A program made the position numbers and the translations under genes. The notes below the pieces were generated by a model. It made no database searches. It had not been told where the DNA came from and saw nothing but the letters and a program-made list of their open reading frames with translations. A stretch of DNA of 64,000 nucleotides from Octopus vulgaris. Taxonomy: Eukaryota. The stretch covers positions 47,306,001 through 47,370,000 of the forward strand of contig OX597831.1 in the NCBI GenBank assembly GCA_951406725.2. The letters are read 5' to 3'. Shown one piece after another: positions 12,357 to 26,795 of this stretch (position 1 is the first letter of the stretch; each line of letters opens with the position of its first letter).

Positions 12357-12690
12357 TAATAATTATAATGAAATTATTGTATACAGTGCCCAGGTGCACC
12401 ACAACTTGTCAGAAAGTGCGTATAAAGTGTATGCAGTAATGTACAAATGTCTGGAAAGCAAACAGTGTATGAGTCAGATACATGCTTGCGTGTGTATGGA
12501 GGGGAGAAAATCAGGTGTAGTGTTGGCGAATCTCAGAAAGCATGGAAGTTTTGAAGGATGCAGTGCTCCGACAACTAACAACTGATGCCGGCAGTTTGTT
12601 CCATGCCTCAGCAACTCTCAGCATGAAAAAAATGTTTCCGAAAGTTATGGGAGCTGTGCTGTTTTCTGACTTTGTAAATATGCCCACACT
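12357..12690 (-). mobile_element. CR1-type LINE 3' end
   Basis: Minus frame FFMLRVAEAWNKLPASVVSCRSTASFK (CR1 ORF2 C-terminus pattern), 3' UTR and (ATT)n tail; tail-only copies at 25782-25870 and 32105-32200. Confidence 0.8.
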
Positions 12691-12814
12691 CCTTATATTG
12701 TGTTTACTTGGTGTTACTAATTTAAAGTTTGATGGATTGATTAGGCTAGTAGTACAGCCAGCCAATCACAGACGAGTGAGCTTGGTCACATGTATTATGC
12801 TTTCACTACTTGTC

Positions 12815-13312
12815 TAACCCTTTAGCATTTAAAACTGCCTTATCCAGCCAAAGCAGTGTGTTATGCCCTTAAGCAAGACACTTATTTCACGTTGCTCCTG
12901 TGCACTCAGCTGTAGAAATGAGTTGCGACGTCCCTGGTGCCAAGCTGCATCTGCCTTTGCCTTTCTCTTGGATAACATTGGTGGCATGAAGAGAAGGGAC
13001 TGGTATGAATGGATGACTGCTGGTCTTCCATAAACAACCTTGCCCAGACTTATGACTCAGAGGGGAACTTTCTAGGTGCAATTCCATAGTTATTCATGAT
13101 TGAAGGATGTCTTTATTCAGCCAAAGATTTCTGCCTGTTTTATGTTCAAACTGGCCATATCTGACCTCTCCTACCAACCCTACAATATCATTCAAAAAAT
13201 TAAGTTACTTCATCAAAATATCATAGCTACAAGATAATGCATGATTAATTTAAAACAATATGAATAAAAAAGCATTGCATTTGACAATATAATGTGAATG
13301 CTAAATGGTTAA
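12815..13312. mobile_element. TTAA MITE family 2 with an inserted SINE family D (12854-13113)
   Basis: TAACCCTTTAGCATT..AATGCTAAATGGTTAA ends; SINE flanked by duplication TATCCAGCCAAAG / TATTCAGCCAAAG. Confidence 0.8.
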
Positions 13313-13979
13313 GGTTCTATTTAATCCCACACAGACATAGACATCCTCCTGACCTCTTCACCCTTGATTCCGCAGAACATCTAAGACGTGACAGCTGGAG
13401 TAAGAGAAGGCTATACCAACGCCCAGTTGGTAATCATTACTGCTAAGTAAACAGAAGCAATGTGAAAGGAAGTACCTTGCGCAATCTGGTATCAGTCCTG
13501 GAATTGAACATACAGCCTTATCATCAGAGCTGAATACCTGGACCACTAGACTATACATCTTACTAGTGTAAATTAAATGTTACATGGGTACTGATTGATG
13601 ACAATGATTAAATACAAACCATTGCTTTGTTCACTTGTTTTCTGATATCCTGTTAGTCAGATCACTTGAGTTTCTCTCTCTCTCTCTCTTTCATATTAAT
13701 TGTATGCAAGACTAATAGCAGTTGTTAATTGAAAAAGCATCCAGCTGTTAAAATAATCACTCCATATCTTACCTATGCAAACATGGAGAAATTGATAATG
13801 TAAAAGAATATACAAGATTCAATAGATTTTTGGTAATATTTCTAGAGATTGTCTATCAGAAACATGATGCATTTATCCAAATAATGCACTTCATGAAGTC
13901 GTAACTGGTTTGATTTTACTGACTTGTAACTTTTCATTCTAAGCATGTTCATGTGTTTTTTTTTCTATTTCTATGTTAG

Positions 13980-14119
13980 GCTACCGTATGCCAGCACCTC
14001 AAGGAACCCCTGAGGAAATATATGAACTGATGCACCGGTGCTGGAAGTATGATCCAGAAGCTCGACCTCATTTTGATGAAATCAACAAGGAGTTAAAGAA
14101 AATCTTAGCTACCATCTAG
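13980..14119 (+). CDS. FER: FER kinase terminal coding exon
   Basis: T-tract then ttag|; (G)YRMPAPQGTPEEIYELMHRCWKYDPEARPHFDEINKELKKILATI then TAG (14117-14119); the five exons sum to 753 bp = 251 codons. Confidence 0.96.
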
Positions 14120-17100
14120 ATTTAAGAATTAGGCATTGTTACTACGCAACAAACTGAGAATTGTTTCTAGGCAACAAGCTATTAAACATGAAAGCATTTT
14201 TAGAGTGCTCTCTATCCTAGAGTGAAATGTATAGCAAAATGAGAAAGAAACTCTTTCCTCTCTTTTGCTATTTTTTCTTTCAGAATGAAAAATTGAAAGA
14301 ATTATCTTGAAGAAATGGTTAGGATTTTGTACAGATTAAAATAATCAAATGGACTACATATTTTCTTTGTCTAATTTTTATATTTAAAGAAAAAATCCCA
14401 AGCAAAAGTAGGCAATAAATATATTTAACTTAAAATTTCACAGGGAGAGAAAAAAAAAAAGAGAAATGAAAGAAAAATTATTAAAGGGAAATTGCTTTAA
14501 AACTTGGGTTGCTTTTTCCGATATCTTATAATTTAATTTTTTTAATGGGATGGGATTCAGAGATTAATAATTCTTTTTAACTATTTTTATTCCTCTTTTT
14601 CTAAGCTGACTGCATTTTCTACATCTGAGTCCAATTTTTATAAATTTTATCCAGCAAATTTACAGATCTATTTTCACTTCATCTCTATCACTTATAATTC
14701 TACTCTATTGCAGTCTTTTCCCTTGCTCTTACCTTAATTTCTCACACATTTTTTGTTTCTTTTTATTGAAATATTTCAAACCCTGCAATGCCCCCTGAAA
14801 ACACCCTTAAATAAAAAAAAATATCATTTGCTATCAGAAAATTATATTTTTCTAGCTGCATTTTTTTTTTTTATTATTATCCATTATCTATTTTTTATTA
14901 CCGTAACTATAAAAGTAAAAAATCAAACACCCCTAAAAGTAAAGAATAAACTTTCATAACTGTGAGATATTTGATGAAATAATGAAGGTAATAATCATTG
15001 GTAGTTATGATGATCAACTGAAGATATGAGGATTTTTCTAGAAGTTACATTGACCTCCAACTTGCACCCATATTTTTATTATTTCTAGAAGATTTTTACA
15101 GTTTCTCACTGGCTTCTTTTCAGCCTTTCCCTGTGACAAACATGTAATGTGAAAGAAACTGCAGCTCTTCTCTCTCCCATGCATCGACACTTTCATACAA
15201 ATATCTTTTCCATTTACTTTCATATTCTTTCTCTCTATCCATCAATCCATCCACATATCCATCCATCTATATATGTATGTATATATATATATATATATAT
15301 ATGTACGTATATATCCCTCTCCCTTCTTCTTACATATATGCACACACACACATATCTAAAATTATTTTTATACATAATATAATGGCCATAAGGATACTTC
15401 TATTCCTGCCAATCAATCAACCAACCAACCTACTTACACACAAACACATACACATAGACAACTCATTTCCAAGAAAGCGTATATTTAGCATATACATTCA
15501 GACTCTCTATTCATCATATCAAATTGGTAATTTTTATCAAAATTGACAAAGAATCTATTATAGAAACACAGAAATCCTAAGAATTTGATTCTACAACAGG
15601 AAAAACAAATAATTATTTGGGGACCAGTGTGTTCTGTCAGTTCTAAATACTTGGTTTGATTAAACCAATTGTATTGAGTGCCAACCTTAAAATTTTCTCC
15701 TCTCTAGTGTATCTACTGATACTTCCAGCTAATACTTTTTTTTCTCTCACTACCTATTCACTGCTACTCCTGCTACATTTCTGTATAAAACTGAGTGTAC
15801 CTACAAAATCAAGCTCGGCACTACTCCTGTGTTCATTGGCTTTGACTATGCCAGATCTTGCATTGTCAGAGAATCATCTGCAGTGCCCTGGCAGCCCCCA
15901 CTGAGGATTTAGTGATATGTGATGTGATGTAGATGCTGATATGATGTTAATTCTTTCTTCTGTATTCGTATATCTGTTGTGCTATTGTTACTTTTTAAAG
16001 GCAATGGAATTCCAGAATCCATACAGTGACAGGGAAAATATATCTCACAGCATTTGGTTGTTGCATTTTATGTTCTTACTTCAAATCTTGCCGAACCTGA
16101 CTTTGCCATTTAAGTACACCTGTAAAATACAGGAATGGATGTAACCAACTGTTTGGGATTTGTGTTTATGTTAAACACTAACTTTACATACTAATTCTCA
16201 ATACATCCTACCCTTCTAACACAAAGAATCTGTTTTATTCATGCATATTCACACACACGCACCTCCCTAGAGTTCCCATCAATGAATGATATTTAATCTT
16301 TGGAAAAATTGCAGTGAATTACTGCAAATTCAATAAGTGGCTTGGTGACAAGTTGTGACCATTTCGCATTGCTTATGTTGCTAATTTCTTTGAGAAAGCA
16401 TGAACATACTCTCACAGACCCCTTGTTGTAAATTTCAAAACCACCTGCCTATATAAGACATATTATTAAGTCAAATAGCCATTAGTTATTTAGCTATAAT
16501 TCTTAGTCATTTTTCCTACTTCTCTCGAAAAATATTAAAATTATCAAATTCATTAGATGTGCATTTTTCTTGTTGTTAGCCTCTGGTCAGTCATCATTGA
16601 TTGAGCAGAACTGTCATCAAAAGTGTTCAAAGTCAATTTAGGGGTATATTACTCTTCATTGTGTCCCTTTTTTTAAGATGGTAGGTTATGATTTGAAGAA
16701 GGTTTGACTGCTGAGTAACTGCACAGAGGTCCCCTTGTTAGCTCCTCTTTGTGTGTCGTGTGTGAAGGACAGTGATAAAATTGCATGCCTATTTTTGTTT
16801 ATATAGCACTAGCATAGGTAATGGTGGTAGTAGTAGTAGTAGTAGTAGCAGCAGCAGCAGTAATAGTAGTAGTAGTTCCTTTAATCAATATTATGGATTG
16901 TTGGTTTTAGGTGGCAGATTATATAGTAAGACTCAGCACCTGCTGGTATCAGTTGCATATGTAATGAAAATAAATTTCGTGCTTGCAAGTACAACTCGAA
17001 AGGGATTTGAGCAGTAATTGTCATTGCTGTTATCATCACCATCATCATCATCATCATCATTGTTATTCTCCTTGTGTTATAGTGTGGGTTGCACAGGTCT

Positions 17101-18840
17101 GCAGAGTGGTTTACTCTGCCGCTGCTCTCTTGTCTTTGCTGATTTCTTCAGTTTTCTCAAAACCTCATAGATCGCCCTTGACACCATAATTCTCTTTCTC
17201 TGATCTCTCTCGTCTCTCCTCTCTCATTTGTCAGTTCACCGCATCCATTTTCTCCCTTCAGTCCTTCTCCTCTTTCTCATCCATTATCATCAGATCTCCA
17301 TGTCAGTCCTCTATTCTATAAGCAACCTCTTCTATTACTGATTCAAAGGTTTAATGGGTGTTGCCTCACATACCTCAAATCGTATTTTATGTTGGGAACA
17401 ATGTTAACGTTTATACATTATCATTTAATTTTACTTTCTATCTTTTAATCCTTTTGTTTCTTTTGGGTAGCTTATGTCTTATCTTACTGACTATATTTTA
17501 TACTTGAGGGATTAACCATGACAAAATTTCAAATATGAATGTCTGTACACTTCCTGTAAAGTTGAAGAAAGTATTTTCAGAAATACTACAGAAACCACAT
17601 CAATCAATCGGATATTGTGAACAACTTCCAGAACTAAATTACCCTTGTTCCACCTTAACCCACTGTCAATTTTTTTAAATCAAGAATTATAATGAAGATG
17701 TATTCTTTTTTCATCTTCTTCTGGCTCGTAGTTGATACAGAATCAACGTTGGCTCCTGTACAAAAAGGAGACACTTACAATTATATTGCTAAACGGTTTT
17801 ACATCAAGAATTAAACTTAAAGAACCACTCTTCATCAAAAAGATGATCAAAAACAAAACAAAACAAAAAAATGAAATGAAAAGCACCTTTGAATTGAATT
17901 TCCAAAGGTTTTAGATACCTGAAAATGACATTGAAAATTCTGAAGATCAGGCAATCTGGAAGATTTAACAGATTCCTCTAAAAATTATTTTTTTCTTGAA
18001 TTATTAAAAAATTATACTGACCAAAATTGCTGTCAAATAATTCCACTAATAGGTGATTATAATTTCTTTTAAATTATTATTATGTTTTTTTTTTTACTTC
18101 CTTAATAATTTGATGATTGAACTGGCTTTAAATGTTCTTTGCATGGTCTCAAATATCTTAAGTCTATTGTTATTTCTTGTTTCTGCTGATCTGAATGGAA
18201 TTTTGCAGGAAACATGCAAATGTCTTCCAAATATATGTTTCAAAAATAAAACTTGAAAAAAGAAAGACAGAAATAAATTGCAGATCCTTAGAAATTTTAT
18301 TTTAAATATTTCTTATTTTATTTCATCTGAATTTTCTTATTTTCATTTCAATAATTTAAATTCAAAAGCTGACATTTTTATTACCAATTTTGTATATTTT
18401 TCAAATATATTTATTGATTTCAAGTTATTTATTTTATTGAAAAAACAAAAAAAAAAGCGTTTTAGTCAAAAATGTAATTTGAGCTCAAAATCGTATTTTA
18501 TTTTTAATTAAAGAAAAATTTTATTTTGAGCTATAACTGTGCATTCTTTAATTAACTGCTGTTGAAGTAATGTAATTTGGTGCTTAAAGGATTATGCAAT
18601 CAGCAAAGTATTTTTGGAAGAGTAAATTGATATAAAGCAGTTTCTTCTGTAGAGAAAACCCTTCTTGAAATCTTCATTGCTGTATGACGTGATGTGATAC
18701 TGCTTTGGAAACAAACATACGTTTAAATGCGTTTATTCACTCAGAAGATCTGTTCAAATTTTTTCGTCTATTACAAAGTTGTTGTTATATAACTAAATGG
18801 TCATCATAAATGTTATTGATATTAATAATTATTATAAGAC
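14120..18840 (+). other. Probable long FER 3' UTR (end undefined)
   Basis: Follows the stop codon; about 4.7 kb nearly free of the SINEs that fill the introns; A/T-rich with several AATAAA. Confidence 0.5.
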
Positions 18841-18849
18841 AAAAAAAGA

Positions 18850-20408
18850 AAGGTGATGAGCTGACAAAATCATTAGCACACCAGACAAAATGCTTAGCAA
18901 CATTTCATCTGTCTTTATGTTTTGAGTTTAAATTCTGCCAAGGTTTTACTTTGCCTTTCATTTTTAAGGGTCAATAAGATAAGTACCAGTTGAGTACTGG
19001 GGCCGATGTAATTGACTAGTTTTCTTCCCCAAAAATTCAGGCCTTGTGTTTATAGTAGAAAAGATGATTCTATTGCAAAATCAGTTGAGTGCTAGACTAA
19101 ATAAAATGCCTTACAGCATTTGGTTTTGTTCATTTATGTTCAGAGTTCAAATGTCACCTCTGCCTTTCAGCCTTCAGCTTGAGGTGGACAAACTAGTGGG
19201 GAAGTAGATAACATAAACATCAATCAAATACTAGGGTGAGGTGATTTAATCAACTTTAACTTTCCTCAAAATTTGTGATCCTCTGTCTAGATTAGAAATA
19301 ATTACTAGCAGAATTAGTGTCAACAAAAATGCCTTGCACTATTTGTCCTGGCTTCTTACATTTTCAGCTGAAATCTCAGCAAAGCAACCTTTACTTCTAT
19401 TCTTTAACCTTTTCGTTACCAACCCAGCTGAAACTGGCTCTGGCTCTGTAGTACAAATGTCTTGTTTTCATAAGTTTTGAATTAAAATCTTCCACCAAAT
19501 CTTAGTCACAGTTTATGTTCCTAACACTGGCTGAATGATAACTAAGTTATTTTACTAAATTCTTTGTTATATTTAAAGTAATTGAAAGAAACACAGAGCA
19601 TCTCGAAATAAATACTGTAATGAAAGGGTTAAGATCAATGAAATAAAGTGCCAGTCAAATACTGGTAGGTCAGAATATCTGACTGTCCCTTTATCCCAAA
19701 TGCCTCGCTTTGTTCCTATGTAAGAAATCTAATATTATCATTGGCAGAATCATTAGCATGCCAGACAAAATGCTTAGTGGCATTTCATCCATTCTTGTAC
19801 ATTCTAAGTTCAAATGCTGCCTAGGTCAACTTTGCCTTTCATCCTTTCAGGGTCGATAAAATAAGTACCTGTCATGCATTAGTAGGGTTGTTGTAATCAA
19901 CTAGCTCCCTCGCCCAAAATGTCAAGCTTTGTGCCTATAGTAAAAAGGATTATTCTTATTATTATCATTATTATTATTATTATTGGCTGGCAGAATCATT
20001 AGGGCATTGCAAAAAATACTTAGTTGTATTTATGCGAGCTCATTACATTCTGAAGTTGACTTTGTCTTTCATTTTTTTCGAGGTCAATAAAACAAAATAC
20101 CAATCAAATACTGGGGTCAGTGTAATCAACAAATGCTCTAACCCCTAAAATTGCTGGCCTTGTGGCAAAATTTGAAATCATCATTATTATTATTATTATT
20201 ATTTGGCAGAATCATTAGCATGCGGGGCAAAATGCTTAGTGGTGTTTCACCCGTCGCTACATTCTGAGTTCAAATTCCACCGAGGTCAACTTTGCCTTTC
20301 ATACTTTTGGGGTCGATAAATTAAGTACCAGTGAAACACTGGAATCTGTTTAATTGAGTAGTCCACTCCCTCTAAATTTCTGGCCTTGTGCCTTTAGTAG
20401 AAAGGAGG

Positions 20409-20444
<36 letters not shown>

Positions 20445-21450
20445 TTTTATTAGAGAGTGGTGAGTCTGTAGAGCTCTGAATAAAAATGCTTTGTGGCATT
20501 TTGCTGCATTCCCAGACTGAACTCAGATCCTGTTGGGTTAACTTTAATTTTCATCCTCTCAGGATTGATAAAATTTATACCAGCTGAGTATTGGATCAAT
20601 CAACATTATTGAACTCTCCTCACCAAAAGTTGGTGACTTAGTGCCTATGTTTGAAACAATTACTATCATCATCATCATCATTATTATTATTATTATTATT
20701 ATTTTTACTATTATCAAGACGGTGAGCTGGTAGGATCATTAGTACATCGGGAAAAATGCTTAGTGGTATTTTGCCTGTCTTTATGGTCTGAGTTCAAATT
20801 CTGCCGAGGTCAGCTTTGCCTTTCATTCTTTCAGGGTCGATTAAATAAGTACGAGTTACGTACTGGGGTCGATGTAATCAACTTAATCCCATCCCCCAAA
20901 TTTGTGGCCTTGTACTTCCAGTAGAAAAAATTATTATTATTATTATTAAAGTGATGAACTGGTAGAATTGTTAGGAAGTTGGACAAAATGTTTTGTGACA
21001 TTTCTTTCCGACTCTTTACATTCTGAGTTCAAATTCTGCCAAAGTTGACTTTGCCTTTCGTTCTTCCAGAATCGATAAAATTAGTACCAATTGAGTATTG
21101 GGGTCGATGTAATTGACTAACCCTTTCCCCTCCAGAATTTCAGGCCTTGTGCCTATAACAGAAAATAATATTATAGATTAATATTATTATTATTATTATT
21201 ATTATTATCGTCATCATGGAGATGAGCTGGCAGAATCAGTAGCATGCTTTGCAGCATTTTGTACGTCTTTGCAGTCTGGGTTCAAATTCCACTGAGGTGG
21301 ACTTTGCCTTTCAACCCTTTGGAGTTGATTAAAGAAGGACCAGTGGAACACTGGGGTTGATCTAATCAACTTATCTCCTTCTCCGAAATTGCTGACCTTG
21401 TACCAAAATTTGAAGCCATTATTATTATTATCATTATTATTATTATTATT
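18850..21450 (+). mobile_element. Head-to-tail cluster of about 10 SINE family B copies joined by (ATT)n
   Basis: Copy starts near 18850, 19072, 19305, 19741, 19985, 20203, 20457, 20718, 20950, 21217; third copy interrupted by a TTAA MITE (19404-19632). Confidence 0.88.
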
Positions 21451-22204
21451 ATTTGTATAATATGAAAACAATTTCTTTGACTCTTATTGTATGTTGATGT
21501 CCCTGATATTTTACTGTACGTAATATGTATATCATCTTTAAAATGTATGTGTGCTTTTCTGAAAATGGTCAGTAATTAAAAGAAAAACGAAAAACAATCG
21601 TAAACGAAAAGGCTGCTGGAAAAGAAAACTTTTTGAAAACCTTTCTTAGTTGGAAAACTAAACTAAAAAAAAAAATTGATGTTTTTGTTGTTGTTGTTTT
21701 GTTATTTTTCCTATATATTTTTTGTTGTTGTTATTTCATAATATATGTTTCTTTTTTTTTATTTTCGGTTAACTTCACACTATAGAAGAAAAAAAAAACT
21801 ATAACAATTATTATAAGTTATCTAAAATCAATATAGTAATTGGTTTGAAATCTTCAGGATTCTTGTATATGATGGCTACGAAATGTCTGTTAAAAGAAGA
21901 TCGCATTTAATTTGTATTGCAGGAACTTCATTTACTACGTAAACACATTGCGATATTCTTTTCTGTTTATTTTTGTAAAAGTCACTTCCAGTGGCCGTTC
22001 TGATATCTCAACAGAATTTATTTGTCAATACTTGACAAACCTTTTAAAGGGAAATAACTGTATATTATGTTTTCGGTCTCAAAATCTGTATATACCATAC
22101 CATCTCAGATTCATGTTAAATATCAAGCGCCTATTCTCATAAGTGCACAGATTTTTGTGGCTATCATATGTAAAATCACACACATACACAGGTGTTTGAA
22201 TATT

Positions 22205-22225
22205 GTGTTTGTGTGTGTGTGTATT

Positions 22226-22296
<71 letters not shown>

Positions 22297-22385
22297 GTGT
22301 CTATGTGTTTATTTATATAAATGCATATATGTGGCTGTCATATGTAAAATTATATACACACACACAGTTGTATATTATGTTTGTT

Positions 22386-22442
<57 letters not shown>

Positions 22443-22577
22443 TATGCATATAAATTTGTGTATGTGTTTATATATATATATGTATATGCACATATGTATA
22501 TATACATATGCATTTATATATACACACTTATATACATACATGTGTATATGTATATAAATGTTTGTCTCTCTCTCTCT

Positions 22578-22618
<41 letters not shown>

Positions 22619-22680
22619 TATAAATGTGTGCATGTGTCTGAATAGACATGTATGTATAAGCATATGTATGTATGCATATT
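22205..22680. repeat. Compound (TG)/(CA)/(TA) microsatellite block
   Basis: Visible dinucleotide runs; similar blocks at 7905-7998, 8205-8257, 30270-30450, 41060-41115. Confidence 0.95.
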
Positions 22681-23371
22681 TACAAGTTAAAGAAAAGATG
22701 GAGTGTTTTTGTTATTTTTTTTTTATTTTTTTTATTTAATCAGTCATATTTTCAATTATTTTTAATCTGGGAGAAGGAACATGTTATTAAACATTTTTTA
22801 ATAGCATATTACAATCAATAAAATTTTCTCTAACAAAAAAACAAACAATTAAACATTAGTTTATGCATTCATATGTGTCATCTGTACTATTGAATTAATC
22901 ATTTATTTCATATTAACGGTTTCTTTGAAAACTATTATGTATAATTTCATAAAAACCCAGAGACCAAGGCAATTAGAGGTTACTCGTTTGCATCTGCAAA
23001 ATTGAATAACGAATTAGGTTAATCAGTTAGAGTTTATAACATTTCTATGCGAAAGGCAGATGCAAATTCTAACAGTTCAAAGTCCAAAAGTTGGATCCAG
23101 TTAAGTTGTAAAAAATATTCATATCTCCTCATTAGCTTACAAACTTATTTAAATTTACTAACTATAATAGAGTTGACAGGATTGCATACCTTTAAAAATT
23201 GGATAGTTCTCAGGATTTCTTCATTGTTTGATAAGATACAAATATTTGTTTGGTTGGCTCTTTCAGATAAGTGGATTTGTCTCATGTTAGGGCCAGAAAT
23301 CATTAGTTAAAATATTTTGTTTTTGTAATTGATTTGCAAGATTCTTGATGTGAACTTGTGTGTTGAAACAA

Positions 23372-23745
23372 ATTTTGTTGCACTTTGGGATAATCATTGC
23401 AACAATAACAAACACAAGCACCAGTTCAATTTCACTTCTTCATTATTAGTCAGTTTGTTTAGTTATTTAACCAACTAACTAATTGATTGCTTGCTTAATC
23501 TCTTGGTTAATCAGTTGGTTATTTCTCAAAGTCCTTTAGTTGACATTCTTGACCTCATCAATGATATGCCTGCTCTCTACTCCAGAACTGCTTCAAGTCT
23601 GAAGATTTGAAGCAGACCCAGAGTAGAGAGTGATTAAGCATGCAATTGATTAGTTAAACTAACCAATTCACTTGTAATAAAGAAGTGAAATTGAACCAGT
23701 GCATGTGTTTATTATTATAATGACCCTCCCAAGACACAACAAAAT
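23372..23745. repeat. Degenerate foldback element
   Basis: GTTCAATTTCACTTCTT / AAGAAGTGAAATTGAAC arms; central hairpin CTCTCTACTC..CTGCTTCAAGTCT / AGATTTGAAGCAG..GAGTAGAGAG. Confidence 0.75.
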
Positions 23746-25821
23746 ATAAATAAAAAGATTGTTTTACACTCATTTTGTATTTGTATCATATACTGTCTGG
23801 CATTCAAGCAGAGATTTCTTACAGTATGAGTTTTGTTGATTCTGCGTTTGTATTTAAAGAATATATATGTTATTAATTTTAACACAGAAAATATAGATGG
23901 TTCTGTGTTGAAAAATTGGAATTATAATATTCTTAAAACAGATGCTTTTTGTCTGGATGAAGAACCAGTAATGTATTGTGAAGTACTAAAAGGTAAAATA
24001 GTTTGATTCCACACATCCTAAAATCACCAAATATAAAACTTTGAAACATGTACTGCTACTAATAAATAATTACATGATTTTGATTATTAGATGTGTGATC
24101 ATCCCTCCCCTACTAAATAGTAAACAAAAATAATCCTTAATAATGAAGAATTTAATTTGTTTTGGATAACATTTTTTTTTATTTGTTTTTCCAAAATCTG
24201 TAGCTATACGCACACTAACTTTCTGCATTAATTTTAATGAAATTTAATAACAACGGTAATAATAATAACAATATCAATAATACTGAGACTAATGAAAAAA
24301 ATACCATTCAGATCCAGCTTCTTTGTTTAACATTGTCACTGCACAGAATTGTTAGTGTTGTCAAAAATATTCTCCACAAATGTCTACTTCTATCTATATA
24401 TTCACTCTAACAAAATAGTGCGGCTAATTATCATCTCTAATTTTCTTTTTGTTGCTACTAAAAGCAATATTATTATTGCTCTCTAGGAAATATGGAAGTA
24501 TTTATGCTTTTCACTAAGCTTTATGTCTTCCATTTGTGTGTTCTTTTTGGTAAGGTTATTTACCAAAAGATTCCAGAAGGCTGTGTCTCTGTAGCTTCTA
24601 CACTGCATTTATCTAGTGACAAAAGCATTTGTGACTGCTTTAAAAAAAAACCATTCCTCTTCACCATTTTTTTTTTTTTTGAGTACTCCACACCCCATTC
24701 CTTTGCTTCCAGCAAACAACTCCTTCATCACCTGCTCTTTCTTTTGTTACACTTCCTCTAAACTAATGTTTGAAACCCTATCTTCAGAAATATCCTGAGA
24801 GAATAATGAAAAAAAAAATTGTGCATGAAAGTATTTCTTCAAACTGTCTTCTTTAATTAATGAAAGAAAAAAGAATATATTGCTGAATAAAATTTTTTTA
24901 AAATGCATAGTTTTGTTGTTGTTATTAATAATTTAAATGTATGATTTAATTAATTCAATAACCACTAAACTGCTAAATTAGGAACAAATTCCTAAACATT
25001 AAATATCTATAGGGCCATCTTAGCAACATCATAGGCCTTAGGTACACCAATGAACTGGACCCTACAGTATTTATTTATTGGCAGCAAGCTACAGCATAAA
25101 GATCAGAATTGGGCCCCTAGACTCTTGAGGGCCTTGGGAAACTGCCCTTATGTGCCCATTCCTTAAGACAAACTGAATGTCTAGTAAAATTATTTGTGAT
25201 TGCAATCTATTAACTTCATTCAGCTTTGGTGTTCTGTTTTCTTTCTTTTTATTTTTACATGCTTTTTTTTTTTGTTTGGTGTGATTTCTAACCATATTCT
25301 GGTGTCTTGTTCCTGCATGTTTTTCTAAAAAATACTTTATTTGGTTGGTTTAGGATACAGCCAAATAGAACATCTGTTCTTGCGCAGTAACTTATGTTGA
25401 ATATTACGACTCTTTTAACAATTGCAGTCTGTAGGCTGTGGCCATGCTGGGCTACCACCTTCAAAGAGAAGAAATGAAACAGACCTTCGGACAGGACTTG
25501 AGCTACCCCACTGCACATACAGAGAAAGAGAGTTTGCAGCAGAACCACATGATTGATTACAATACACAATTATAAATTTTACACAAGACTTGTCTATAAC
25601 ATAAAAATTTTGATATTAACTGAATTTGCTTTACACACACAACTCACTCGGATATCAACCTTCACAAATATATATTTGACTAAATATGTATATGAAGTCA
25701 TCATTATCATATTTATGTTCACTATTCTTTAAGGCCCTCATGCTTTCCGAAATCCGCCGAAACTACACCTGATTATATATACACTTTAGATGAGTTGTAG
25801 TGCACCTGAGCACTGTACACA

Positions 25822-25873
<52 letters not shown>

Positions 25874-26314
25874 CATACTTGCAGAGATCAGATGGAATTT
25901 GTTGAGGCAAATTTTCTATGGCTGAAGTTCTTCTTGTCACCAAACCGTCACCTGTTTCCAAGTAAAGCAAGCAAGGTAATGTCTCCCCATGGTTGAACAT
26001 TGTTCACAGAAGATTGGAAACGAATGACACTGTACAATACACATTTACAATTATTGTGAAATGTCAAGACAAGAAGGCACAAGCATTCATGCATGCACAC
26101 AGACACATATACATGTACACACACACATATGATGGGATTCTTTCAGTTTCTGTTAGCCAAATCCTCTCACAAGTCTTTGATCAGCCTAGAGCTATAGTAA
26201 AAAGTCACATGCTCAAGTTGCCATGCAGTGAATATGAACCTTAAAGCATCTGGTTGGGAAGCAAACTTTTAACCACATAGCCATGCCCTATAACATATAA
26301 TTTTACTATTCAAA

Positions 26315-26795
26315 TCATCGTCATTTAACGTCCGCTTTCCATGCTAGCATGGGTTGGACGATTTGATTGAGGACTGGCAAATCAGATGGATGCACCAGGC
26401 TCCAATCTGATCTAGCAGAGTTTCTACAGCTGGATGCCCTTCCTAATGCCAACCACTCTGAGTGTGTAGTGGGTGCTTTTATGTGCCACCGGCACGAGGG
26501 CCAGTCAGGCGGTACTGGCAACGGCCACACTCAAATGGTGTTTTTTACGTGCCACCTGCACTGGAGCCAGTCCAGCAGCACTGGCAATGACCTTGCTCAA
26601 ATGTTTCTTCACGTGCCAGCAAGGCAACGCTGGTAACGGTCATGCTCAAATGGTGCTTTTTATGTGCCACCGGCATGGAAGCCAGTTAGCTGCTCTGGCA
26701 ACGACAATGCTAGGATGGTGGTCTTTGCGTTCCACTAGCACGGATGCCAGTCATTGAATTTTAATTTCACTTGCCTCAACAGGTCTTCGCAAGCA
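26315..26795 (-). mobile_element. RTE-tailed retroposon (family C) with internal tandem subrepeats and (GAT)n tail
   Basis: GGAAGGGCATCCAGCTGTAGAAAC..CCAACCCATGCTAGCATGGAAAGCGGACGTTAAATGA; copies at 38000-38343, 48200-48400, 54720-54950, 61170-61508. Confidence 0.75.

Noticed and set aside
22203-22739. 178-aa and overlapping ORFs rich in YI/CV/HT
   Set aside because: Translations of dinucleotide microsatellites; the same applies to ORFs near 7.2-8.3, 29.3-30.5 and 33.4-33.8 kb.
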